The notes: generated by a model not told the origin, from the sequence alone. 64,000 bases of DNA from Shewanella sp. CG12_big_fil_rev_8_21_14_0_65_47_15 (GCF_002783505.1 NZ_PFGL01000041.1:27370-91369); one strand, 5' to 3'. Counted from the first letter of the stretch, positions 1 through 8,726 are shown. A program made the numbers and translations.

Positions 1-843
1 GGGCTTGGGGATTTATTGATCCAAGCGGTTAATTACCCCGATGATCGACGTCCTGAGATCCGCTCCATATTTCTAGCGGACAAGCTTTGCGATATTTTAT
101 CCCAACCCGTCATCGATAATGTGGAACTCGAAAAACGCATAACCCAAGCGGTCAATTTTACAGGGTTAGAGGAAGGGGAATTTAAGATCCGTTTGCAGCG
201 CTGTGCTAACGCAACCCACAAGCTGGCCGAGGTCTACGGTGCTAAGGTGCTGCTGGAGTATTTGCCCGATCCTAAACGTATTCTCAACGTTGAACCTGAG
301 CCGATCCCATTGGAAATACCAGTTTATCAAGCTAATTTAACTATTCAACTTGCAAAGCTGCGGGAATTAACTGGATATGCCATCAATAAGGCTGATTTTA
401 ACTTGATAATGCAGACTGTCCTCGAGGGCATTTTGGAAGGGGTTGGGGTCGACCGTTGTGGTGTGCTGTTATTGTCACCGAGCCGTAAACAGCTCCAGCC
501 GCGGGTGATGCTAGGTTCGGACGCCGAGGAGATGAAGCGGGAGTTTATTATCGATTTAAGTGATAAAAAAGGGCTTTTCCGTCAGGCGATGGAACATAAA
601 GAGCCCATTTGGGTAGACGATCCCACCTCGAAAAAATGGCGGGAACAGAGCCAAGAATTACTCTCTCAGCATGTCTCTCAAAGGGGATTTCTGTTGGCGC
701 CACTGTTAGTCGATAATAAAGTCATTGGATTTTATTACGCCGATAGGGGGCCTTCGGAAAGAGATTTTGAAGAAGCGGATTTTCAAAGTTTTATCCACTT
801 CTCCCAGTTGGCGAATGTGTGTTTTACCGTGTCATTAAAGTAA
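1..843 (+). CDS. GAF-domain signalling protein, 5' end cut by the window edge
   Basis: The frame is open from nt 1 (GLGDLL... precedes the TTG at 16), so the gene starts upstream of the window. The C-terminal half (GVDRCGVLLL...GFLLAPLLVDNKVIGFYYADR) resembles a GAF small-molecule-binding domain. Confidence 0.55.
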   Translation, partial: GLGDLLIQAVNYPDDRRPEIRSIFLADKLCDILSQPVIDNVELEKRITQAVNFTGLEEGEFKIRLQRCANATHKLAEVYGAKVLLEYLPDPKRILNVEPEPIPLEIPVYQANLTIQLAKLRELTGYAINKADFNLIMQTVLEGILEGVGVDRCGVLLLSPSRKQLQPRVMLGSDAEEMKREFIIDLSDKKGLFRQAMEHKEPIWVDDPTSKKWREQSQELLSQHVSQRGFLLAPLLVDNKVIGFYYADRGPSERDFEEADFQSFIHFSQLANVCFTVSLK

Positions 844-858
844 TGACCCCACAGCGAT

Positions 859-1392
859 TTATTGCTTAAGGGCATTTTTAATTTCTGTGGTGATCTGTTT
901 AGCCAGCGTGTTAGGGATAGGAAAACTTAAATGGTATTGGGCAATTTTCCATACACCGTCGGTTTTCATTAAGGTGCCTGTTCCTCGGCTAATGCCGTAG
1001 GCTGGGCTATTAAGCAGCTCATCGAAGAGGATAATATTGCCGTGTTGGACCAAATGCCGCTCGACTAAATCATAACGCCAACCTTTAGTTGGGCGGGAAT
1101 AACCCTCAAATTCGACCATACCCCAACGCTCACTCGCATCGGTACCAATAAAAATGCCATCCTGCCGATACAGGGCAAAATACTTATCCCAATCGGCACT
1201 GCTGGAATATTGATTCAATTTATCGAGTACTTGAGCCGCAGCTTGTTCATCGATTGTCAACGTTTGCATGGTTGGGTTTTCGCTGGCTTTTGCGTTTTGT
1301 GCACTTAATATCGGGGCCGCTATCACAAATAATGTGGCACAGAGCCAAGTGATGGATAGTACTCGGCGTTTCGCGCTTGTCACAGTCGGCAT
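859..1392 (-). CDS. secreted NTF2/SnoaL-like fold protein (hypothetical)
   Basis: 177-aa ORF with an N-terminal signal peptide (LCATLFVIAAPILSAQNAKA). Size and pattern suggest an NTF2-like family, but the assignment is weak. Confidence 0.45.
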   Translation of the reverse strand: MPTVTSAKRRVLSITWLCATLFVIAAPILSAQNAKASENPTMQTLTIDEQAAAQVLDKLNQYSSSADWDKYFALYRQDGIFIGTDASERWGMVEFEGYSRPTKGWRYDLVERHLVQHGNIILFDELLNSPAYGISRGTGTLMKTDGVWKIAQYHLSFPIPNTLAKQITTEIKNALKQ

Positions 1393-1439
1393 AGGGTATT
1401 CCTTGTTTTATTTCTACTTGTTTAGGATTTATTAAGTGT

Positions 1440-2264
1440 TTAGTGCCAGTTTATCGGATCGAGTTGATAAAATTGGCTTAATTCTCGATAAAGTTCGGGA
1501 TGCTGCTGGTATAGTGCCTCAGGTTTTTCAAAAAAAACTTCGGTTACGACCGCAAAAAACTCAGCTGGGTTGGTAGCACCGTAGTAACTAAAGAGTGAAG
1601 GGTGTCCGAATGATGACGCTACTTCCAACTCGGCAAAGGCGCGGCTAAGCACGCTTGACCAAGTGCGATAATCCTCTAAGTGCTGCAGAATGGGCGCACC
1701 ATTGGCATGTCCATTCTCTTGATCTAATTGGTGGGCAAATTCGTGGATCACCACATTGTTACCATCGTGGGGGTCGGCAGCGCCTTCTAAGGTGTTCTTC
1801 CATGAGAGAATGACTTTTCCCTGTTCCCATGACTCTCCTGCGAGCACATTGCGGCGCTCCCACACAACACCCGAGGCATCTTGGCTTTGATTGTTCACAA
1901 TAAAAGCGTCCGGGTAGACCAATATTTGCCTCAGTTTAGGGTAGAAATCTGTCTTTCTATTCAATAATAGTAGGCAGGCTTGGGCGGCAATAGTGACTCG
2001 AATTTCATCGGTAATAGCTAAACCATTGCATCCAACGAAGTCTTTTTCATCGATGAAGACTTGAATATGCCGTTTGAGTTGGAGCTGAAGATCCGTAGGT
2101 AATGCATGAAAATAGGGTAGCCTCTGTTTAAGAATAGAGCGCCACGCTTTGGGGAAAGGTTTTGCCCTGATGTGGCGTCGATGTAAGGTTTTACGCCAAC
2201 GACTCGAACTTAACCAAGCGATAGCGCCAATGCCTAGGATCAATGTGAGTAAGATAGCGAGCAT
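1440..2264 (-). CDS. mtfA: MtfA-like zinc metallopeptidase (peptidase M90), with an N-terminal membrane anchor
   Basis: HEFAH zinc motif. Long collinear similarity to E. coli MtfA as I remember it (ILVYPDAF..., SWEQGKVILSW, NPAEFFAVVTEVFFEKPE, FYQLDP). The first ~20 aa are hydrophobic. Confidence 0.75.
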   Translation of the reverse strand: MLAILLTLILGIGAIAWLSSSRWRKTLHRRHIRAKPFPKAWRSILKQRLPYFHALPTDLQLQLKRHIQVFIDEKDFVGCNGLAITDEIRVTIAAQACLLLLNRKTDFYPKLRQILVYPDAFIVNNQSQDASGVVWERRNVLAGESWEQGKVILSWKNTLEGAADPHDGNNVVIHEFAHQLDQENGHANGAPILQHLEDYRTWSSVLSRAFAELEVASSFGHPSLFSYYGATNPAEFFAVVTEVFFEKPEALYQQHPELYRELSQFYQLDPINWH

Positions 2265-2391
2265 AGGGCTCCTTCGTGCTATGTGTGTTCGATATATTAG
2301 CTAATGGGGATAGATCGGAGGGAAGTCAATCCTTGGGCTAAAAAGAAAGCCATTTACCCTGTTGATCTGGGTAGAAATGTTGGCTTAACGA

Positions 2392-4128
2392 TCACGAATA
2401 GCGAGCGGGTATATTCAGTAGTGTTTCAGTACGGTTGCGCCCGGTTAATTTGGCATGATAGAGAGCTTCATCTGCTTGGTTTATCAGAGCGTTGGCATCG
2501 AGTAACTGCGGCTCTTGCCAACAGGTAATACCGGCACTGATAGTGACTATGCCTGAGTGGGGAGAATCTTCGTGGGGGATTTCAAGTGAGATGATTTTCT
2601 CCCGCAAGCGTTCCGCAATTTTGTAGGCATCTTCGAGGTGGCTTGAGGGTAATAAAAGCATAAATTCTTCTCCCCCATAACGGGCGAGTATATCCGTGGG
2701 GCGTTGCAGTATGGATTTAGCGGCATTGACGATTTGTTTTAGACACTGATCACCTAGTACATGGCCGTATCTATCATTAAATTGCTTAAAGTTATCAATA
2801 TCAAACATCACAATTCCGAGTGGCATACGATGTTCTTGCGCATAAATGAGTTCCCTTTGAATTTGGGCATCTAAATAGCGGCGGTTATAACAACCCGTTA
2901 AACCATCGGTCTCAGACATGGCTTTGACTTGTGCGGCATAGGTTTTCAGCGTTTCAAGTGAACACACCATTTGCTGAAGTTCAAGGTTATCCGTTACTGG
3001 CATTTGAGTATCGAGTTTTTCGTTCGCGATAGCATTCATGGCGTCACGGGTTGCGATGACGGGTTTGATGATGCCTTTGGCAATGAAATGCCAGCTAGTA
3101 AGCCAGATAAAAAAGCAATATAAGGCCCCGCTAAAAAAGATCAGTACCACAAATGCGATACTGTCGTTTTTAAGTTCACCCCCCGCCAATTGAATTTCGC
3201 CTTCGACTTGATTGACAAGATCTTGGGTAAAGGTGGCCACAACTTGAGCCGCATCGGCTTGATAGGAGAGATGGGCATTAGCGATTTGAGTGCTCTTTAA
3301 TGCATTGCGAGACAATTGGAAGAGATTGTCATCTCCCACCATATTTTGCTTAATTTGCGATAACCAATCGAGGTAGATAGTCTGGTTTTGAGCGAACGAG
3401 ATAGCGATCTCTTCCATCTTGATAAGTAGGCGCATGGCATCTCGCTGGAGTTGATTTAACTCTGTGATACTGCTGACATTTTTAACTTGTGAAAGCAGAA
3501 CAAAAAGGTGTTCTCCCCATTGCAGGTATGTTGAGAGTTTTTGATTTTCTTGAATATTAATCGAAATGGCATCGAGTTTTTTTTGTGCGATCAGCGGAGC
3601 GTAATGGCTATTGATTTGCTGTAGTTGAATTTGCATTTCATCGGCAAAGGCCGATGCCATGCCGGTCAAATTGGCTTGAATATTCTCGGCCTGCAATTTG
3701 GCTTGCAGCGCACTATCGGTCAAATCATTTAGTAACGATAGCTGTTGTAGGGAATACAGCTGGGTATCGATAGTGCGATTGAGTGCATGTTGCACTTTGT
3801 TGGAAGTTTCAAGATTGGTCAATGTGCGCGAATCATGGATCAGCAGTTCCCACTGGGTAGTCAATTCGCTAAGCAGCGCGAGTCGCTGTTGCTCCGTATC
3901 ATAGTGATTGAGCCGAGTGGTGATAATTTGTAGTTTTTCACTGTTTTTAGCTAGTTGCAGTGCAGTGGTCACTTTCACTACGTCTTTACTGACCAAATGT
4001 TCTATTTCCGATCTCAATTGTTGTGACAAGAGTATGGCGATGATGCCATTAAAGAGCGCCATGCCGAGGATAATGTAGAAGGCAAGGGTGATCTTGTGCT
4101 TGAGACTCGTCAATCGTTTAGCATTCAT
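2392..4128 (-). CDS. membrane sensor diguanylate cyclase (GGDEF)
   Basis: C-terminal GGDEF domain with an intact RYGGEEF active site and DxLTGxxNRR. Two TM segments flank a ~300-aa periplasmic helical region. The ATG overlaps the stop of the upstream SBP gene (ATGA at 4125-4128). Confidence 0.85.
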   Translation of the reverse strand: MNAKRLTSLKHKITLAFYIILGMALFNGIIAILLSQQLRSEIEHLVSKDVVKVTTALQLAKNSEKLQIITTRLNHYDTEQQRLALLSELTTQWELLIHDSRTLTNLETSNKVQHALNRTIDTQLYSLQQLSLLNDLTDSALQAKLQAENIQANLTGMASAFADEMQIQLQQINSHYAPLIAQKKLDAISINIQENQKLSTYLQWGEHLFVLLSQVKNVSSITELNQLQRDAMRLLIKMEEIAISFAQNQTIYLDWLSQIKQNMVGDDNLFQLSRNALKSTQIANAHLSYQADAAQVVATFTQDLVNQVEGEIQLAGGELKNDSIAFVVLIFFSGALYCFFIWLTSWHFIAKGIIKPVIATRDAMNAIANEKLDTQMPVTDNLELQQMVCSLETLKTYAAQVKAMSETDGLTGCYNRRYLDAQIQRELIYAQEHRMPLGIVMFDIDNFKQFNDRYGHVLGDQCLKQIVNAAKSILQRPTDILARYGGEEFMLLLPSSHLEDAYKIAERLREKIISLEIPHEDSPHSGIVTISAGITCWQEPQLLDANALINQADEALYHAKLTGRNRTETLLNIPARYS

Positions 4129-5573
4129 TTGGCATTATTCTTGTCAATTGCCGGCACTTCCCCATAGGTGTTCTGTAGATTTTTAATCCTAGCACTTAAT
4201 TCGATGAAAATATTGGTACTGTCGGTTTGTTTATGGCTAGCGGCGTAGCAAGCATGGCTCAGCTCTGGATAGATTTGCCCCATAGCTGTTGACGTAAAGT
4301 GTCCGAGTTCTAATACCTTAGTTGACCAAAATAAGTTAGCTGCATGGCTCACTTCAAAGGCCCCTGCCACTTCCCTTAAGGAGTCCTGCTTAAATTCCGG
4401 TGCTGTGACTACGTCCATTCGGCAGGGGTTACCACCGCCAAGCGCATAGGCACGTTGTGCCTCAAAGGTTCCCATGTATTTTAGTAACCAATAAGCTGCT
4501 TGAGGGTTTTTACTATCGTAACTGACGGCAAAGGCATAGGCGCCATTGTATGGGTGGCCACCCGGGACCTGCGCGACCCCAAGGCGAGCACCGGGAATAT
4601 TTTTCTCAACCTGAAACGAGGCCGACCAAAGATTATTATAGGCAAACGGCCATATGGCGACTCTGCCAGTGGCTAAGGCGTTCGCGGCCTCGTTGAAGGC
4701 AAACTGATCATCGGCGGGTAGTGCATAGGGCATCAGCTGGCGGTAAATGTCGGTGGCTTTTATCGCTTCATGGTTAATTGTGGGGATTTCAAAATGGGTC
4801 AGTTGTTTTTGTTGATTGTATTTAGGCCACATCCAGGCGCCACCTAAGCTCCAGATAATGCTCGAAAATTCATCATTAATGTGGGGTTTATTCCCCGACA
4901 TCAGCGCTAAGCCATAAAAGTCCTGCGCTAATACTTTATCGGCAAGCTGCGTGCCTGCTTTTCGAGTAAAGAACACCGCTTGATCCTGCAGCTCTCCAAG
5001 ATTTTTGGCGGGGGCGAGTTGATAGCCAAAACGCTGTTGAAAGTTGATTTGTTCCGTTTTATTTTCAAACAGATCGGCGCGGTAATGACTCCCCATTACA
5101 TAGTTATTGTAGGGAATCGCGTGGATTTCTCCGTGGTAAGACAGGATATTAAGCAGGGAAGGGTAATAGGGTTCAAGGTAGCTTTCCATTGCCTTCTCCC
5201 CATCGGGATCATAGAGTTTGGCGAGTTCAACGAGGGGAGCTGTATAGCCATTGGCCGCCCACTCTTTTGCCCACCCAGCCTCCATGCTGAGCAGATCGTA
5301 TCGACCTTCACCAAGCTGTAATGCTTGGGTTTGCAGGTCAAACATAGTACCAAGATCTGTGCTGACCACCTTGACTTTCACCCCCGTTTTTTCGGTAAAT
5401 TTAGGGAGCATTTCCTGGGTGAGGTAATCCGTCCAAAATCCTTTTTCGGCCACTAAGGTGATAGGGGTTTGGTTACTAAGGGGCGGGATTTGTGCTAATG
5501 AAAATTCTGCCCGAGTGGGCATCGCTAGCGTTAATCCAAACCCAATTAACAGGATATGAATGCTTTTTAACAA
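4125..5573 (-). CDS. periplasmic solute-binding protein (ABC-type family 1 SBP fold), no transporter partner nearby
   Basis: Signal peptide LKSIHILLIGFGLTLAMPTRA, then an SBP-like sequence of ~460 aa. The ORF track starts at GTG 5594. A TTG at 5573 sits 6 nt after GGAGGTG and gives a canonical signal peptide. The start is uncertain (5573 or 5594). Confidence 0.7.
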   Translation of the reverse strand: MLKSIHILLIGFGLTLAMPTRAEFSLAQIPPLSNQTPITLVAEKGFWTDYLTQEMLPKFTEKTGVKVKVVSTDLGTMFDLQTQALQLGEGRYDLLSMEAGWAKEWAANGYTAPLVELAKLYDPDGEKAMESYLEPYYPSLLNILSYHGEIHAIPYNNYVMGSHYRADLFENKTEQINFQQRFGYQLAPAKNLGELQDQAVFFTRKAGTQLADKVLAQDFYGLALMSGNKPHINDEFSSIIWSLGGAWMWPKYNQQKQLTHFEIPTINHEAIKATDIYRQLMPYALPADDQFAFNEAANALATGRVAIWPFAYNNLWSASFQVEKNIPGARLGVAQVPGGHPYNGAYAFAVSYDSKNPQAAYWLLKYMGTFEAQRAYALGGGNPCRMDVVTAPEFKQDSLREVAGAFEVSHAANLFWSTKVLELGHFTSTAMGQIYPELSHACYAASHKQTDSTNIFIELSARIKNLQNTYGEVPAIDKNNAK

Positions 5574-5706
5574 AAATCCCACCTCCAATCCCACCTTCGA
5601 GATTAAGTATTAACATGCCAATAAATAGCACTAATTCATTTGCTTGTATATTAAGGATAGGCTTGATAAACAATTATCACTTAATTTTTTAGGGAGTTTT
5701 TTAAGC

Positions 5707-5744
5707 AAAAAAAACCGGCAAACCTAAACATGCTAGGTCACCGG
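5707..5744 (-). terminator. probable rho-independent terminator after the ParA/RHH pair
   Basis: On the minus strand: CCGGTGACCTA..TAGGTTTGCCGG, an imperfect hairpin followed by T7 (plus-strand A-run 5707-5714). Confidence 0.45.
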
Positions 5745-5768
5745 AAAAGGGTGGGAGATTGCGCGGTA

Positions 5769-6221
5769 CTAAGATTTTTTAATCTGCTGCTCGCGCATCT
5801 GCCTTAGGGCGTTTGGCAAAGCATAATGTTGCTCAATTAAAAATCGAATTAACTTGGACTTTGATATTTCACTTTCTTCAGACAGTTTGGCTAAGTGTGT
5901 AATTGCCGTTTCACTCAAGGAAAATGTTGCCTTGCGATAGTGTGGACGTTCATGTGGGCTTTGATCTGCTGCCGTTTCTGGCTGCAATTGCGCCGATGGT
6001 ATAGCTTGTCGATGTAAACTCACCACGTTGGATGAGTCCAACGTGACCTTAAGTTGTGCTTCATTGACGACATCTGCGCAGCTCTTTAACGGCAACACCT
6101 CCGAACTGAGATTTTCGCCCATGGCATAGCGTGTTGCAGCATCGATAAATTCATCCAAAGAGAGTGGGAGTGCAGATCCCCTAGATGGCATAGCGTTTTT
6201 CTTGAGATCGCTGAGTCCCAT
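5769..6221 (-). CDS. ribbon-helix-helix (CopG/ParG-like) DNA-binding protein
   Basis: The C-terminal segment RKATFSLSETAITHLAKLSEESEISKSKLIRFLIEQH fits a beta-strand/helix/helix RHH pattern. The ATG at 6221 is preceded by GGGAGGAC at 4-nt spacing. It overlaps the ParA-like gene's 3' end by 41 nt. Confidence 0.5.
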   Translation of the reverse strand: MGLSDLKKNAMPSRGSALPLSLDEFIDAATRYAMGENLSSEVLPLKSCADVVNEAQLKVTLDSSNVVSLHRQAIPSAQLQPETAADQSPHERPHYRKATFSLSETAITHLAKLSEESEISKSKLIRFLIEQHYALPNALRQMREQQIKKS

Positions 6222-6954
6222 ATTGTCCTCCCAGATGATGTTGATCCACTTGAGTGCTGTAAGCCTGGATTGGTGTACTTGGGCGCAGTAGTGCAATTAA
6301 GGAAGCTGCGCAGCCGACTTGAAAGAGCTCACAGGCAATGGCGCGGATCTCTGTGGCAGCTTTGCCCTTGGGTTCGATTTCTACCACGGATAATCCCGAC
6401 TCTTCACTGTCATCGTAGATATTACGGCTGTAGGTAATAGCATCGAGCACATTGATATCGTAGGTTTTGCAGACTTCTTTGGCCTCTAATATTCGGTTTG
6501 CTTGATTTGGCAAATTGGGGCATTGAGTGATCACAAATGATGCACGTAATTTAGGGTTAATCATCCTACAGGTGGCGACGATGTCATCCATATGGCTGAC
6601 GGTTTTCAAATCTCGACGTTTTGGTCTAAGCGGCATCAAAATGTGGGATGCCACCGACATAGTGGCTCGCAGTGCGAGGTTATCTTGGCCACCACAGTCG
6701 ACTAAGACAAAGTCATAGTGTTGTTCTAGGCTGAGGAGATCATTACGAATTTTGCCATACAGTTGCACGCAGTTAATGGTCGCAAGCTTAGGGTTGTTGT
6801 TCCTTGCATGGATCCAGTCGGATGTGGTTCGCTGGGGATCGCAATCCACCATAATGACAGAAGCCCCACATTCAGTGGTTAGAAATACTGCAATGTTTTG
6901 CGCGAGGCAACTCTTACCGCTGCCGCCTTTTTCGCCGCCGATTAACACTATCAT
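6181..6954 (-). CDS. ParA/MinD-family (deviant Walker A) ATPase
   Basis: N-terminus MIVLIGGEKGGSGKSCLAQNIAVFL...VDCDPQ carries the KGGxGK[ST] deviant Walker A typical of ParA/ParF. SD GAGGAA lies 6 nt before the ATG. Confidence 0.8.
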   Translation of the reverse strand: MIVLIGGEKGGSGKSCLAQNIAVFLTTECGASVIMVDCDPQRTTSDWIHARNNNPKLATINCVQLYGKIRNDLLSLEQHYDFVLVDCGGQDNLALRATMSVASHILMPLRPKRRDLKTVSHMDDIVATCRMINPKLRASFVITQCPNLPNQANRILEAKEVCKTYDINVLDAITYSRNIYDDSEESGLSVVEIEPKGKAATEIRAIACELFQVGCAASLIALLRPSTPIQAYSTQVDQHHLGGQYGTQRSQEKRYAI

Positions 6955-7483
6955 GACGTATTCCTCAATACTTGGGATGACACTTGGCAGGTCGTTAATA
7001 GGTTTTAAGTCGTTACCGTACCTTGCTCTCTGAAATGAATGTAAACCCTATGTTAATGATGGTCAATTGGCTGATTTTTGACGGTTTTTTATAAAATGTC
7101 ACGGGAGTTCAATTTGTCATTATGCTGTCATATGCCGTTTATTTGACTGTTTGTTCATTTGTTGAGGAATGGTATACGAATCTTTTTAAGTTTTTGATTT
7201 TATAGTTTTTAATGTTTTTTCTGTTAGGTGTTAATCCTACTGGAGACTTACGGCTGTGCCTACTCTGCCTGTGCTCGCTCTTCACTTATTCCTTTTATTG
7301 CTGTAAATGTATTTTTATATTTCAAAAAATTATTAATTTTTGATGGGATACTAAATTTTTCAGTCGAAAGTTGTCTTGTCACTTTGGGGCTTGTCATCAA
7401 ATTGCCAAATAATACCGCTATGATTTCTATAATATGCCGTCTAATCACCTTGATTTTTTTACCATTAGTGAAGGGATGCAAAA

Positions 7484-7942
7484 ATGGATATCAAAACTAT
7501 TATGTCAATTGAATTTGAATTAGTTGAAACAGCCCCATTGTTCCATGAGTTGCTCAATTTACGTGGAGCTGCAGGGCACCCTGCCATAGGGGTTGAGCAA
7601 GCGGATCAGCGGCAGACTCAAGCTCTTTATTGGGTGACGGTGAGGCTTAAAGATAAGACTGAAAATGAGCGTGTGAATGTTGTGGCGACAGCCTGTGTTT
7701 ATGGCGACAGGCCAAGGCATTTAGCGATTGAAGATTTTATTGTGCTACCCGAATACCAACATTATGGACTGGCCAAGATCATTTTAGAGCGTGTTATGGC
7801 CTTTGTTGATGAACATGTTAATACTGGCACTTGCGTCAGTATTAATGCCTATGGTGAAGATGAACGTCTGTGTACTGAGCATGGTTTTGTTCATTCTCAT
7901 TGTGCCAATCTGGGGCCGAATTTGTTGAAAGTTTATTCTTAA
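7484..7942 (+). CDS. GNAT-family N-acetyltransferase
   Basis: Motif-A-like segment IEDFIVLPEYQHYGLAKIILERVMAFV (the Q/RxxGxG/A region). Confidence 0.6.
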   Translation: MDIKTIMSIEFELVETAPLFHELLNLRGAAGHPAIGVEQADQRQTQALYWVTVRLKDKTENERVNVVATACVYGDRPRHLAIEDFIVLPEYQHYGLAKIILERVMAFVDEHVNTGTCVSINAYGEDERLCTEHGFVHSHCANLGPNLLKVYS

Positions 7943-7993
7943 ATGTGGCCGACACTCAGTTCATTGATGCCTTGAATTGATGCACCCTAGGCG

Positions 7994-8029
7994 CTCTGAA
8001 ACTCGTATCTTCAGGTCGCTTGGGTATAT
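7994..8029 (+). repeat. short intergenic repeat, copy A (inverted copy at 14287-14322)
   Basis: CTCTGAAACTCGTATCTTCAGGTCGCTTGGGTATAT. The last 17 nt are identical to the reverse complement of 14287-14303, and 12 of the preceding 19 nt also match. Confidence 0.5.
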
Positions 8030-8087
8030 TCCCCTTCTGCTGTAGCATGCTTTAGCAAAATATTGGCCATTCCCCAAGGATATCGAG

Positions 8088-8297
8088 ATGGATCAGCAAC
8101 AGCTTATCGATGCTGTTAATCAAATTATGCCCTTCGGTAAATATACCGGACGAAAATTACTTGAATTACCAGAGCCTTATCTAGTCTGGTTCCATAAGCA
8201 GGGTTTCCCACAGGGAAAGTTGGGCGAGCAGCTAGCCCTAATATATGAAATCAAGCTCAATGGCTTAGAGGGAATGTTGAAACCCCTGTTGAAATGA
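8088..8297 (+). CDS. small conserved protein, DUF3820-like
   Basis: 69 aa. PFGKYTGRKLLELPEPYLVWF resembles the DUF3820 signature as I remember it. Confidence 0.5.
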   Translation: MDQQQLIDAVNQIMPFGKYTGRKLLELPEPYLVWFHKQGFPQGKLGEQLALIYEIKLNGLEGMLKPLLK

Positions 8298-8423
8298 GTT
8301 CCCGTAGCGTGAAGAAAAATCACACTTTTGCGATAGGTGTTGTATTTCGTGATAGAGATTAGCGATTTATTACTTTTAGCATGCTTTAATGGAGCATATT
8401 AGCAAAACAAAAGGAACGCAGGC

Positions 8424-8726
8424 ATGATGGCAAAATGGGTAAAATTAGCAGCAGTAGCAACCTTAGCCTTAGGCATATCAAGTGCTTGGGCGCAGGGCGT
8501 GACTCATGAAGGTACTGTTGTTGATACTATGAATGGTGGTGGTTACACCTATGTACAGATTAAAGAAGCAGACACTACATTTTGGGCTGCAGGTCCGCAA
8601 ACTGAAGTGAGCAAGGGCGACAAAGTGGCTGTGGTTGAACAAATGTGGATGAATGAGTTCACCAGCAAGACCTTAAATCGCACCTTTGATAAGTTGCTTT
8701 TTGTCGGCCAAATCGAAAAGAAATAA
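8424..8726 (+). CDS. small secreted protein of unknown function
   Basis: 100 aa with a signal peptide (AAVATLALGISSAWA) and AGGAA 8 nt upstream of the ATG. A terminator follows at 8784-8810. Confidence 0.5.
   Translation: MMAKWVKLAAVATLALGISSAWAQGVTHEGTVVDTMNGGGYTYVQIKEADTTFWAAGPQTEVSKGDKVAVVEQMWMNEFTSKTLNRTFDKLLFVGQIEKK

Noticed and set aside
2304-2528. 74-aa plus-strand ORF overlapping the 3' end of the diguanylate cyclase gene. Other ORFs of 60-110 aa overlap annotated genes in alternative frames or on the opposite strand (for example 3698-3904, 4980-5321, 5096-5353, 11592-12137, 47144-49593, 54474-54824 and 55569-55814).
   Set aside because: All overlap strongly supported genes, lack ribosome-binding sites, and have no recognisable motifs.
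7228-7512. 94-aa plus-strand ORF and 73-aa minus-strand ORF (7260-7481) in the AT-rich region upstream of parA.
   Set aside because: They are mutually antisense, have no SD, and their composition is dominated by Leu/Ile/Phe/Lys, as expected from AT-rich DNA. The first runs into the start of the GNAT gene. I treat the region as non-coding.
5769-7942. Idea that the RHH protein and a nearby GNAT form a GNAT/RHH (TacAT/AtaRT-type) toxin-antitoxin pair.
   Set aside because: The RHH gene is on the opposite strand from the nearest GNAT (7484-7942) and separated from it by the ParA-like gene and 0.5 kb of non-coding DNA. It is translationally linked to the ParA-like gene instead. The RHH protein is also about twice the size of those antitoxins.
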